DNA of 62,456 nucleotides, counting the filler, from Choristocarpus tenellus KU-1152 (lineage: Eukaryota; Protista; Phaeophyceae): the NCBI GenBank assembly GCA_964200185.2. It is 7 parts of 7 records of this genome, joined end to end, with 100 filler letters (N's around TTAATTAATTAA, not from the genome) between each part and the next. Parts side by side here need not be neighbours in the genome. Positions count along the whole stretch, not along the records: positions 51,109 to 58,641 come from CAXNAD020006004.1; positions 58,742 to 62,456 come from CAXNAD020018336.1; 5 more parts are not named here. One strand, 5' to 3'. The notes under the pieces are model-generated. The model was not told the DNA's origin and did not search any database. It saw only the letters and a program-made list of their open reading frames with translations. A program made the position numbers and the translations under genes. Positions within the stretch are counted from its first letter, which is position 1, and every line of letters begins with the position of its first letter. This document shows positions 52,490-62,456 of this stretch, piece after piece.

Positions 52490-53372
52490 TTTTGTGACCT
52501 TTTTGCTTCGTACGTTTCAAACGTATTGGATCAATGAAGGATGTGGTTTGTATTTTTTTTATTGATTTAAAGATTAGAATATTATTATTATTTCGTAAAA
52601 ACCCTAACGCACGTGTTTTGGGTCTTCAATTGTTTAGGCGATCCGATCGGATCAATAAAAATCTAGAGCTGCTTTTTGTCGTCTCTAATATTTTAAAGAA
52701 TACTATAGTCGCCAAAAGCGGTTTTAGTATTTAAATAAATTGTAGGGTACAGTTGAAAGTGACCTTTTAGTTTCTGAAAATTGGAAACGTGTGAGACCCA
52801 TAAAGTGCGTGCTTTGTATTTTCAAAAATGGTAAGAACGGTTATCACTGGATTTACTATTTCTATAAATCCTAATGCACGTGTTTTGGGTCTTCAAGGGC
52901 TTAGGCGATCCGAAACTCAAGAACTGCTTTTTGTCGTCTCTAGTATTTTTAAGAATGCAAATGTCCAACAATTTAAGATTTTGTACTTAAAACAATCAGA
53001 GGGGGTGCCAGTTTTTTTTTTACCTTTTGGTTTCGGAACATTGGAAACGTACAAGATCAATGAAGTATGTGCTTTGTATTTTAAAAAATTGTAAGTATGG
53101 ATATAATCGGATTTACAACTTCCGAAAACCGTAATGCACGGATTTTCCGGATCATAGATCTCAGAGTGGTCCCACGGATCGCCCGGAGCTCCAACAAAGT
53201 TGGTTTCGGAGCATTGGAAACGTACAAGATCAATGAAGTATGTGCTTTGTATTTTATAAAATTGTAAGTATGGATATAATCGGATTTACAACTTCCGAAA
53301 ACCGTAATACACGGATTTTCCGGATCATGGATCTCAGGGTGGTCCCACGGATTGCCCGGAGCTCAAACAAAG
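52490..53372. repeat. AT-rich array of four related units, the last two a near-perfect 173-bp tandem duplication
   Basis: Core 'ccttttggtttcggaacattggaaacgtacaagatcaatgaagtatgtgctttgtattt...aaaccgtaatgcacg' in diverged form near 52497 and 52762, near-identical at 53027-53199 and 53200-53372. The first two units also share 'gtgttttgggtcttcaa...taggcgatccga...ctgctttttgtcgtctcta'. Confidence 0.85.
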
Positions 53373-53447
53373 TTCATACGCTCGCCTTCGAATCTAATCA
53401 CTCCTAGACCTCTCACTGCCCAAGACCGCCTGTTGCCTGAAAACACC

Positions 53448-56400
53448 ATGACAATTGCTTCCACAGCAAGGGGGTGGCTTTTGTCGCCTGCGTCGCTCCC
53501 TGTGTTGCCCCCTCACCAGCCCGCCAACAATGATGCGCTGGAGCTTTCTACCAATGATGCTTCAGCGACCGGTGCCAAGCTTCGCCGAGGATGGGCTCGA
53601 CCTATCCCGGTCAACGAACAGGGTGACTGCTACTAGCGCTTAGTCTGTGTGGACAAGTTCGTGGCAGATAGCAAGTCCTTCCTTGCACGCACCTTGGCCA
53701 AAGAGGAGGATATCATCCGGGCGTGTGACAACCGCCGCGATCGCAAGCACTTCGTTGGTGACCGTGTACCTGTGATTAAGTTGGGACCTGGAGGCGGATC
53801 TATGCTCGCGGCCGGCATTCCCATCTGTACGTAGTTTTTCAAGGCATCGTTCGGGTTATCCAATCATGTCATCGACGCTTGCAAAGGCACACCTAACGCA
53901 AGAGCATCCACCGGTGTGGAGAGGTGGGTTTGATGTATGTACACAGTGTTATATGTACCCGGTACATTTTTCCCCCTACTTGATGGTTGAACAGTAGTCC
54001 TATCTCAGAACAATGTAATCCGACCGTACTCGCCACATTCACTTTGCAGTTACCACGCCTGTATGTCTGATGCACAAAGTTAGAGATCCCTCCAGCGTGG
54101 AGTTATGTGTTACCTATGTGTGTATATACACGTGCGACATGTTTATTTATGCTTCAACATTATCATCTCATCCGGCCGTCCCCGCGCTCTTGCAGCAGTT
54201 ACCAGGCGTAAAAAATATCTACAGAATTAGAGATCCGCTGCTGGCATACGATACCTCTAGGATTCCATCCCCTGTCCCTTGTATCCACCTCCAACACATA
54301 TCCCATCCATTCATGTACATACGTGCGCTACTGGATTAGGAACGGCACGAACAAAGATAAGGACATGGCTCTGAAGCGAGACCTGGTGATGTCCTAGATA
54401 GACTACTGGGCTGATACATACGGGCAGTTCATGCTTCACAAGTCCACAATTGTGATCTACGCCGCGAACAAAGAGGCAGGTTTTGCCCTTGGTTGTGGAG
54501 AGGTTGGCCGCACCCTGTGTTAGAGTTAGATGCAAATCGTGTGACCCAGCAGTACGTAGAATAAGTGGATCTAAGTAGTATTTCCAGTGGTGGATGTTCA
54601 TTACCTTGACCGGTCTGATATTATGGTTAAAAGAACGAGTGGAAGTATCTTAGAGGGCACGAATTTTGCCCTGTTTGTCCATTTGGAGCTTCACTTCCCA
54701 TGGGTTTTATTATGACGTTTTACTACTCCAAAATGTTTAGGAGTAGGTAAAATGTGTATATTATGCAAAGGTGCGCCTGGAACAAGGTTATTGACACTTC
54801 CTATCTAACATGATAGTCAAAATTACATCAATATCGCAACATTGGATTTGGTCCCAAAATGGAGACGATCAACCCTCTAAGATACTTTGGCTCAACATGT
54901 GAAGATTCGTACCAAGGGCTATTTTTTTCGTTTGCTCTGTCGAGACTACAACGTTGATAATGATACTCTTCGTCGCTTTTACGAAGGAAGACACAATAAA
55001 TGTTATTTCAACGCCGTGTACACCTACTCTGCGGCCCCGGGCCCGGTCTGAAATTGGTAGGAAAAGTGTGTACTTCGTATGTCTAAAGCGCTTCGCGATG
55101 ATGATGATGATGATGATGGTAGATTCGCCTCCTTTGCCGCTTCTGCCAACGGCAGCGAGGCCCGAACAGAATGATGCTCCTGGCAGATTTACGAAGATCA
55201 TTGTATTTGCTCTTTCGTAACACACGATGTAAGCTTGCTTGATCCTGTCTTCCGCGTTCTCAGTCAAGTTATTGGTCAGCTCGCCTTTGAGAGATCTTGC
55301 AGGGGTGTAATACAAGTGATCCTTCTCAATAACTCCTCACTTGCCCACACAACCAACACTTTTAATTAGGAGCTATACAAGGATTTTTGCAAAGAGGCAA
55401 TACGGGTGTATCCTGACGACCCTTCCAAGCGGGTAAGCAGGGCGCACTTCCTCTGATTGCTCAGAGAGGACAGACCCAACATCAGGGTGAGGGTAGGAGG
55501 CGAGTTTATGAAATGTGACATATGTGTCACGTTAAAAGAGAAGCGGCACGGTGCGCCTGGTGTAAAACCCACGAACGACTCCACAGAAATAACTGCCAAA
55601 ACAGACGCACATAATTCCACTACCTATTCCGTTCATCATGATGACGACGCACGTAGAACCTTTCTTTACTCGTTTTTTTGGTTCATGTCCTTCTTATCAG
55701 GGACTACTCCGAGCGCCAGAAGATCATGGCTGCACACGTCGAAGGCCAGTTTGCGGATGTGTTCTGCACTCCTATCAATCTTGGAGGAGGTATGTATTGT
55801 GGGTCGTGGCAAACAATCACATCACTGAATAGATGCTGGTTGCGCACACACCACTTGATTTACCGTCGTGGCGAGTGGACCTGCTGTAGGTTAGATACCC
55901 GAGGACGAGTACATCCTTACATGATGTGCCTATAGATACCGCAGGCATAGTGAACAGTCGATTAATTGATGATGCGCTGTGCTCCCCTGCCCTCCTACAC
56001 CTCAGCTTCGGAAGGGCGAGAGGAGTGTAAGAGCTAATCAACGAGGAGGAAAACCCACAGACATGTATATCAGCCATTCGGGTGTATGTGCTCTACATTG
56101 CAAAAAAAAATTCCATTACCCCTCTTTTTAGCTCCAATTAAACAATGCGTAAGTAAGCAGAGTACTATTTGCCAACTAACGACGGACATCATTGTTTGCG
56201 CAGGTTGTAACCTTGTCTGCACAGCGACCCACCTTGCCCTCACAAGGCTTATTGACAAGTACCACAACAGCCTCGATCACGCGGGGAGTTGCATCATCCA
56301 GCACGCACATTGGCAGGTAAGAAAGTTTCATCTTGACACGACCTACTCAACACATACTCGCTGAATACTGGTCACCAAGTAACTAACTGCACAGTCTTTA

Positions 56401-58641
56401 GTTTTGGTTTGTGTGTTGCAACCTGCATGTATGATGACGGTGATGTAGTGCTTGCGCTCTAGCACTACTGGAAACATGCCCTGTTCCTCCACGAAACGCG
56501 ACGAAATGGTCTGACATATCTGCCTCACGCCTATCCCTCCCTCGCTCCCAACTCCCCAAACTGTCCAGGTCGATAACTGCGTCTCAGAGAACAAGAACAA
56601 TTTATTTCTCGGATATGTGGGGCTGTTGGTTGCGGCGAGTGTCATTCGTGTGGTCGAGATACATTTTATGATGGGGCACACGCACATCAAAATCGATCAG
56701 ATCTTCTCGAGGTAATTAGGCAAGATATACAAGTGCGATAGCCACATAGTGTTTTTATACGGACAGATACTGCCTTGAGGCTTGCAGTTCACGCTTGTTG
56801 CATCCATGGAAGGTTTATGGCCATACACTGTAATTGATTGATTGTCTTTTGATTTCCCCACAACAAAATTGAACGATAAGAGCAGCTGCCAAAACTGTTT
56901 CGTAACCTACTCTCGAAACAAAACAAAACAAAAATGTACACATCACCCCTTTTATATATTTATACTTCCATATACATGCATCGGAGCATATGCTTGCATA
57001 TATATCTTGCTTCTCCATTTCGTTTCTTTCGCCCCCGCCTCAAAATTAACTTGCTTGCATTTCACCTTCAGGTTCTCAAGTGGTATAAAAGGGAAGAACA
57101 TATTCACAAGAACACAGCTGGATGAAGAGCTGCAGGCCTCTTACACGGAGGTTTCAGTCTACTGCAAGACCCTACGGAACGAGGGAAACTTCAAGGGACT
57201 CCTTCGCGGTCGCGTCAACCGTGTCCCCAACATCACGAGCTACAGGGCTTTTCGCGTTGAAAAAGGCGGTGGTGGACGGGTAAAGGTTAGCGTAAAGCAA
57301 TACATGCACAGCACCGAATGGAGTGGGATAGGCGGAGACCTTGCTATCGACCCCAACGCCCCTCAGCACGACCTCTTCATCGGCCACCCGCCTCGCCTCC
57401 AAGATGCACCACCCTACCAGCTCAAGAGTATTCCCGAAGACGTCATCCTGAAGGTGGAGCAGCGATACCAGGCGTCGCACGAGCGCCTCACTGCTGCGTA
57501 CCCACTGGGTAAGTCGATTTTTTCGTGAGGGGAGTTGATGGCTAATTTTTGTATTTGATGGCAGCCAATAAAATCTGGTGCAACTTCTGTACGAGGCAAC
57601 CTTTACAACCTTTACAAAAACAATCTCGAAAAATATTCCATTCTCATTGTGTAGTGATCGTCGCATGTTACAATTAAAAAGTACTATAGATTACCCCCGA
57701 TAAATGTTCTAAGGGTACCGGTCTTGTACACAACAGACACGAATCCGACGAAATATATACCCTCCCTCTCACCGCATGCTCCCCGAGCGCATTCGTGAAA
57801 CCTCACGCCTGGTTACAAAGTAACATTCATGCTTCCATGCCGTCGATGTTCTCGTGCTCATGGATTTAACCTTCGCAGACAATGAAGCCGTTCAGAGAGC
57901 GAAACAAGAGCAAAGCGAGACTGTGCAGCTTCTCAAAAAGACAGGGGAACGAGAGTTCGACCTCCCAGTCCATTGGCTTCCCACCGATGACGATGGCGCT
58001 GGAACTGGTACCAGCGACATCGAAGACATCGACCAGGGAGAAACGTTCGGGTGGAGGAGATAATCTCGTCAGCGGTGACAATGATCTCGGCGGGCTCGAG
58101 GAAACAAACTCTTCCTCATCGGACAGTGACAAGGAAGTAGCTGACTTCCGTCGATGGGGTTGACCTCGTGCTACCTTGACATCGGTGAACCATGGAAACC
58201 TCATCTCCGTGCAGGAAGGCAGGTTTTCCATTTTTTGTGGCAATGGAGGCGCTGCTCTTGGTCGGCAAGATCCTAGCTGAGCGCGTCGGCGAGGACGGGG
58301 AGCGTGGGGTGGATCTTCACTGGCTTTGGCCGACCAGCGACCGCACGCATGACAATGCCGCGTTCATTACCCTTGAGAAGTATGGAAAAAGCACTTTTGT
58401 AGAAGGCTACATACATGCTGGTGATAGATCCGGCAAAGTGGGAAACAGAAACGGCTTCAAGACGTAAGCTGGGAACCCGTGGCGGGTATTGTTTGAACTT
58501 GCGAGAAACCTGTTGGGAATGGAAAAAAGATTCCTACCATGGTCTTGAAAGTTCTACGGTCCGCTACAGAGGCGAGGGAAAGGGGGGGTTTTCTGGGAGA
58601 AGGACAGAAGACTACATTCAAGGGACGAGGGGAGGAGAGGG
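53448..58641 (+). pseudogene. Intron-containing Sola-like DDD transposase pseudogene
   Basis: Exons 53448-53923 ('GIPICT*FFKASFGLS'), 54340-54475 ('MS*IDYWADTYGQFM'), 55370-~55620 ('ELYKDF...VSRAHFL*LL...FMKCDICVTLK'), ~55700-55790, 56204-56316 ('GCNLVCTATHLAL'), 56569-56711 ('VDNCVSENKNNLFLGYVGLLV...FMMGHTHIKIDQIFSR'), 57072-57508 and further 3' exons. 'DNC..ENKN' and 'GHTH..IDQ.FS' are catalytic motifs of Sola-type transposases. Four in-frame stops; the first catalytic Asp region is not found. Confidence 0.75.
54637..54893 (+). mobile_element. MITE family B, complete copy (257 bp) in a transposase intron
   Basis: Terminal inverted repeats gagtggaagtatcttagaggg / ccctctaagatactttggctc; 3-bp TSD AAC/AAC. 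Confidence 0.9.
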
Positions 58642-58741
58642 NNNNNNNNNNNNNNNNNNNNNNNNNNNNNNNNNNNNNNNNNNNNTTAATTAATTAANNN
58701 NNNNNNNNNNNNNNNNNNNNNNNNNNNNNNNNNNNNNNNNN
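58642..58741. other. Artificial contig-joining spacer
   Basis: 44 N + TTAATTAATTAA + 44 N. Confidence 0.97.
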
Positions 58742-58773
58742 CCCCCTACCACCCCCTTCAAATACTTTGAGCC
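58742..58773 (-). repeat. MITE family A terminus cut by the gap
   Basis: Reverse complement ggctcaaagtatttgaagggggtggtaggggg matches the family A left end. Confidence 0.6.
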
Positions 58774-59076
58774 GCCGGCAGTTGGTTTTCTGTCGTGAAT
58801 GAACTCTTAAAGGCGAGAAAGAAGATATGTGCCCTCAAAGATTTGATCCCATAAGACAACTAAGACAGTTTTGCTTGGTTGTACTACTCGTAGTGATAGG
58901 CCTTCTTGACTTATTCATTTGATTTTACCTTTTAGGAATGAAGACACATAAGTTGTGATGAGAGGTATGGACTCTTAGTAGTGCTTGCTGCCAGGGAGAA
59001 CTCCAGGTAATGAATGGACTTTGAAATGCTAGGTGTACAACCACTTAATATACATCATGAAATACGTTCAAGTACT

Positions 59077-59333
59077 GAGTGAGAGTATCTTAGAGGGTAC
59101 GAGATTTGCCCTTTTTGTCCATTTGGGGCTTGGCTTCCCATGTTTTATTAATGACATTTTCCTACTCCAAAATGTTTAGGAGTAGGTAAATTTATACGCT
59201 GTGAAAAGGTGTGCCCGAAACATAGATATTGACACTTTCTAACAAACATGATAGCCAATTCTTCATCTAAATCGCAACATTAGATTTTGGTCCCCAAATG
59301 TGCGCGGTCCTACCCTCTAAGATACTTTGGCTC
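59077..59333 (+). mobile_element. MITE family B, complete copy (257 bp)
   Basis: gagtgagagtatcttagagggta ... taccctctaagatactttggctc; 3-bp TSD ACT/ACT. Confidence 0.9.
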
Positions 59334-59896
59334 ACTAGACAGTCAAGTCACTTTTCTCAAAGGAAAATGAGAGAGAGTGGTATGGTCGAATTGGTTACAG
59401 ATACGGAAAACAGGCGTAGAGCGTAAGTTTCCCGATTCGAGGTTTGGAAGATACACACTGCATAGTTATCCACTCATTGTGTAATTTGAAGCATCCATCG
59501 AACCTTCTTTTGGGCGTGCACAGTTGTTTTTGTTATTGCATCAGTCTCAAGGGTCTACGTGTATATACATCATATAATTTTAGTGTTTTGCGACTCAGGG
59601 TTAGGGAGAGCTCCAACCCTCACTAGTACTCCAGAACACATACTACATAGTAATTTAATGTCTTGTGTGATGGAGGTTTGGAAGGAGTCAAACCAATTAA
59701 GAGGTAGGCAGGGTTGCATTTTGTGGAACATAGGAAAGGCCAACAAGACATTATTTTGTACAAAAAAAAGACTTCGCATAATTGTGGTGTTAATTTGTAT
59801 GTGGAAAGGGGAAATATCAACTTTGTGTAAACTATTCTGCGCCTAAAGCAATGGAATAGAGTGTATTGCACAAGGTAAGAAAGATGACTTGGAATG

Positions 59897-60010
59897 GGCT
59901 AAAAGTATCCGGGGGGGGGGTGGTGCCTGCCCATTTGGGGTCCATTCTTCCATTTCGTGGTTTTTGGGTAAATTTGGTTGCATGAGTCGGATGGATAACT
60001 TCGCAATTGG
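59897..60010 (+). mobile_element. MITE family A, partial copy
   Basis: ggctaaaagtatccggggggggggtggtgcctgcccatttgggg...gtcggatggataa, similar to the other family A copies. Confidence 0.75.
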
Positions 60011-60099
60011 TTTGACTCAAAGACTACTGCTATTGCGCAGTACCTTGAAAGGAGCACACTGGGCTCTCAGAATACAAGGACTTCATTTATTCATCGTGT

Positions 60100-60660
60100 T
60101 GCCATGACTACAAGATTTTGATATCAGCTGAAGGTGTAGAGCTCTTGTGGAGAAGGAGTAAAAGACCTGTGAAGTAACGTCCATAAAAGTGGATGACATG
60201 TTGTGCAAAATGCCAGGGTGTCTACGCAGCCTAGCTTCAAGATAATAAGTCGAGGAAGCTGTCATAAGTGCAAGAGGTTTCTGGAAATCCCACCTAAGTC
60301 TCTTGTGCCCCAACATGGACGCCAACAAAGACCGGTACACAACATTTGCGATGTCCTTACTTGCGCTAGTTTTGCATGTTGAGATTGTTTCAGGTGTACT
60401 AATTCCTGGGGGAGACAAGATAGAGTTACAAAAAATGGCATCTATCAGCATGATTTGGTGTATTATGATACTAATGGCTGAGACACATGCGACTGTGCAC
60501 TTAGCTGTCACACACCTTGGGCTTGTTAAGGGCGCAAACCTTAGCACCACAACCCTGTATGTACCCCTCATATCTCCCGTGAGAAAGATGGAACTCACAC
60601 CATCCACCCCAGATTTCGGACGGTGTGAGTTCCTTCTTGCTCATATGATATGTGAAAGCT
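60100..60660 (-). pseudogene. Possible degenerate Ty3/gypsy reverse transcriptase relic
   Basis: Collinear weak motifs: 'SSIFLTGDMRGTYRVVV' (like PV..V.K.DG..R..VD), 'SKDIANVVYRS..GH' (like EDI.KTAF.T..G), 'WDFQKPLALMTASSTY' (like YEF..MPFGL.NAP.TF), 'TFMDVTSQVFYS...HLQLI' (like VYLDDILIYS...HL). Confidence 0.4.
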
Positions 60661-60917
60661 ATATGAAATATTTGCCAGAAGTGCGGTGCTAAGGATTTCG
60701 AGGACCACACAAATACTAGCTGTCCCTTTGAGAAGCAAACGGGTGAGGGGTGAGCTTGTATCCTCCAAACAATTCAAACTCCACCATGTGCAGGACACTC
60801 CGCCAGAACTGTTTTGCCGTCCTCAAAATAGCCTAGAAAACTCTATCAACGGTACCTCACCCTCTCGCAGATTGTTGGGACTACGTTGCCAAGGTGTCAA
60901 CTTGAGAACGAAAGAAA

Positions 60918-61180
60918 GAGTGAAAGTATCTTAGAGGGTACGAGTTTTTTCCTGTTTGTCCATTTGGGGCTTAACTGCCCACATGTTTTTAATGGCATTT
61001 TTCCTACTCCAAAATATTTGGAGAAGGTAGAATGTATACGTTATGAAAATGAGTGTGTCTGGAAAAAGGATATTGACATCTCCTAACAAAAATGATAGCC
61101 AAGATTACATCAAAATTGCAACATTGGATTTTGACCCCCCCCAAATGGGCGCGGCTCTACCCTCTAAGATACTCTGGCTC
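60918..61180 (+). mobile_element. MITE family B, complete copy
   Basis: gagtgaaagtatcttagagggta ... taccctctaagatactctggctc; flanks GAAA/GAAA (a 4-bp TSD, or a 3-bp TSD with one mismatch). Confidence 0.88.
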
Positions 61181-62282
61181 GAAATTATGGAGAATAACCG
61201 CCACCACCACCCAGTACCTCAACCAAGTCCACCCAATAATGCTTTTAGGAAATTTGCACAATAAATGGTAACACTACACAATACATCATGTAACTACCAG
61301 ATATTACTTATTAGCAGTAGTAAATGGAACACATGAAAAACAATAAATTTCAACTCCATACTTAGAACAGCATCGTATTTCCTGTTCTACATGCTTCGTA
61401 GAGTAACGTCTGGTTTTTCGAAATAAACTCCCCCCTCTCTGTCACGTAATTCTCACAACTGGGCATACACCAGCTTGCCCTATAACACACTCGAACGAGG
61501 AACTGTGTCCCCCGAGCAACGGTGAAGCAACAAGTGCACATGTGCACAATATGATCTAGAAAATGACAGAAAGTCCTTGAAATGTCCCTCCTATTGTGGC
61601 TCATTACCTTGGCCCTCCAGTTTTCCTGAAGACAGCCCTTCTTAACTGGTCTTGTATATCACAACACTGGGAATGGAAATCGTGGGCTCCACCATGTCTG
61701 GTGAGTGTTTTCACCTTGCGGAGTTGATGTGCCTTCAGGAAATAGCGCCTCTCGTCATCTCAATCAAGGTGATGATTGTCAAGATCTTGTCGGGTGCTTG
61801 TATCCTTAACCCTCTCCATTTCTTTGGATGTTCATCCATTCACTAGCCGCGGAGTCTCATTTTGCCGTTAGCCTGTCACAGATGTCCGCTTGTATCACGA
61901 CCTTGCCTGATGGCACCTTCCTTGTGCTGTTCCAACCTCACTAACTTCACCCATTTGGCCATCCCATTTCTTTCAAGCCATTAACAGGTCCAAATCCTTG
62001 ATGACCTTGTCAGATCTTTCCATTTTTACCTCTGCCTCAATTATGGTAGGATAAGATCTTCCCGCCTGGATGGCAACTGATGTGTTTTGTAAGGTAGCCA
62101 TTGAGGCAGGCACGTTTCCCAAAGCGCACACAATCCATCCATTTGTGGAGGGCTGCATGTGCTTTGCACTTTGGGAAATATGTTTGCATCCATGAATTCC
62201 TCACAAAATGCGTAAGGGGCAACCTGGGCAGTAAGATTCCATCCTGTCAGAATAGAGCCCAAGCTGCAAATGAAAAGGTTTG

Positions 62283-62409
62283 GGCTCAAAGTATCTGGGG
62301 GGGAGGTGGCGGTTGTCCATTGGGAACCAATTTTTTCATGTCGCGTTTTTTTCTGATTGGATTGCATACGTCGGATAGATAATGTAAGTGCACTTGGGTC
62401 AAAGTATCT

Positions 62410-62442
<33 letters not shown>

Positions 62443-62456
62443 CTTTCCGGCCCGGG
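62283..62456 (+). mobile_element. MITE family A copy followed by a second family A left end and a poly-G run
   Basis: ggctcaaagtatctgggggggaggtggcggttgtcc...gtcggatagataatgtaa, then gggtcaaagtatctggggg at 62396. Confidence 0.75.

Noticed and set aside
53590-54610. OTU-like protease ('EQGDCY*R', 'YWAD', 'DVHY')
   Set aside because: The segments fit better, with consistent splice phases, as the Cys-rich N-terminal exons of the Sola-like transposase.
31232-58741. Recurrent TTAATTAATTAA palindrome as a biological motif
   Set aside because: Always centred in exactly 44+44 N; an artificial all-frame-stop contig linker.
61362-62220. Gag-like coding remnant upstream of the Gypsy-like RT relic
   Set aside because: Multiple stops and no diagnostic motif that I can support.
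62410-62442. Long poly-G tract as a G-quadruplex element
   Set aside because: It extends the G-run of a MITE end near the window edge, and poly-G at contig ends is a common sequencing artefact.

Overview
Eukaryotic, intron-rich DNA, most likely from a brown alga or close stramenopile relative (inference from EsV-1-7 repeats and transposon types). The window is seven contigs joined by artificial 100-bp spacers (44 N + TTAATTAATTAA + 44 N), so adjacency across spacers is not evidence of linkage. Contig 1 (1-31231) holds a 5'-truncated CRE/R2-like non-LTR retrotransposon, a spliced + strand gene with four EsV-1-7 Cys/His repeats, and a very large (about 30 exons, roughly 3,600 aa by rough exon sum) - strand HECT E3 ligase with SPRY, Vps62-like and ESxHP/CUB-like modules. 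Contig 2 holds two exons of a UBR4/BIG-like gene. Contig 3 holds a full-length but decayed Ty1/copia element with both LTRs and a target site duplication (TSD), plus possible Gypsy relics. Contigs 4-7 are transposon-rich: a non-LTR 3' tail, two related MITE families with 3-bp TSDs, and possible Gypsy RT relics. The best candidate for an undescribed system is in contig 6: a spliced ParB/Srx-domain gene sits head-to-head with a spliced Sola-like DDD transposase pseudogene, separated by an AT-rich repeat array that includes a 173-bp tandem duplication. All calls come from reading motifs by eye; no searches were run.
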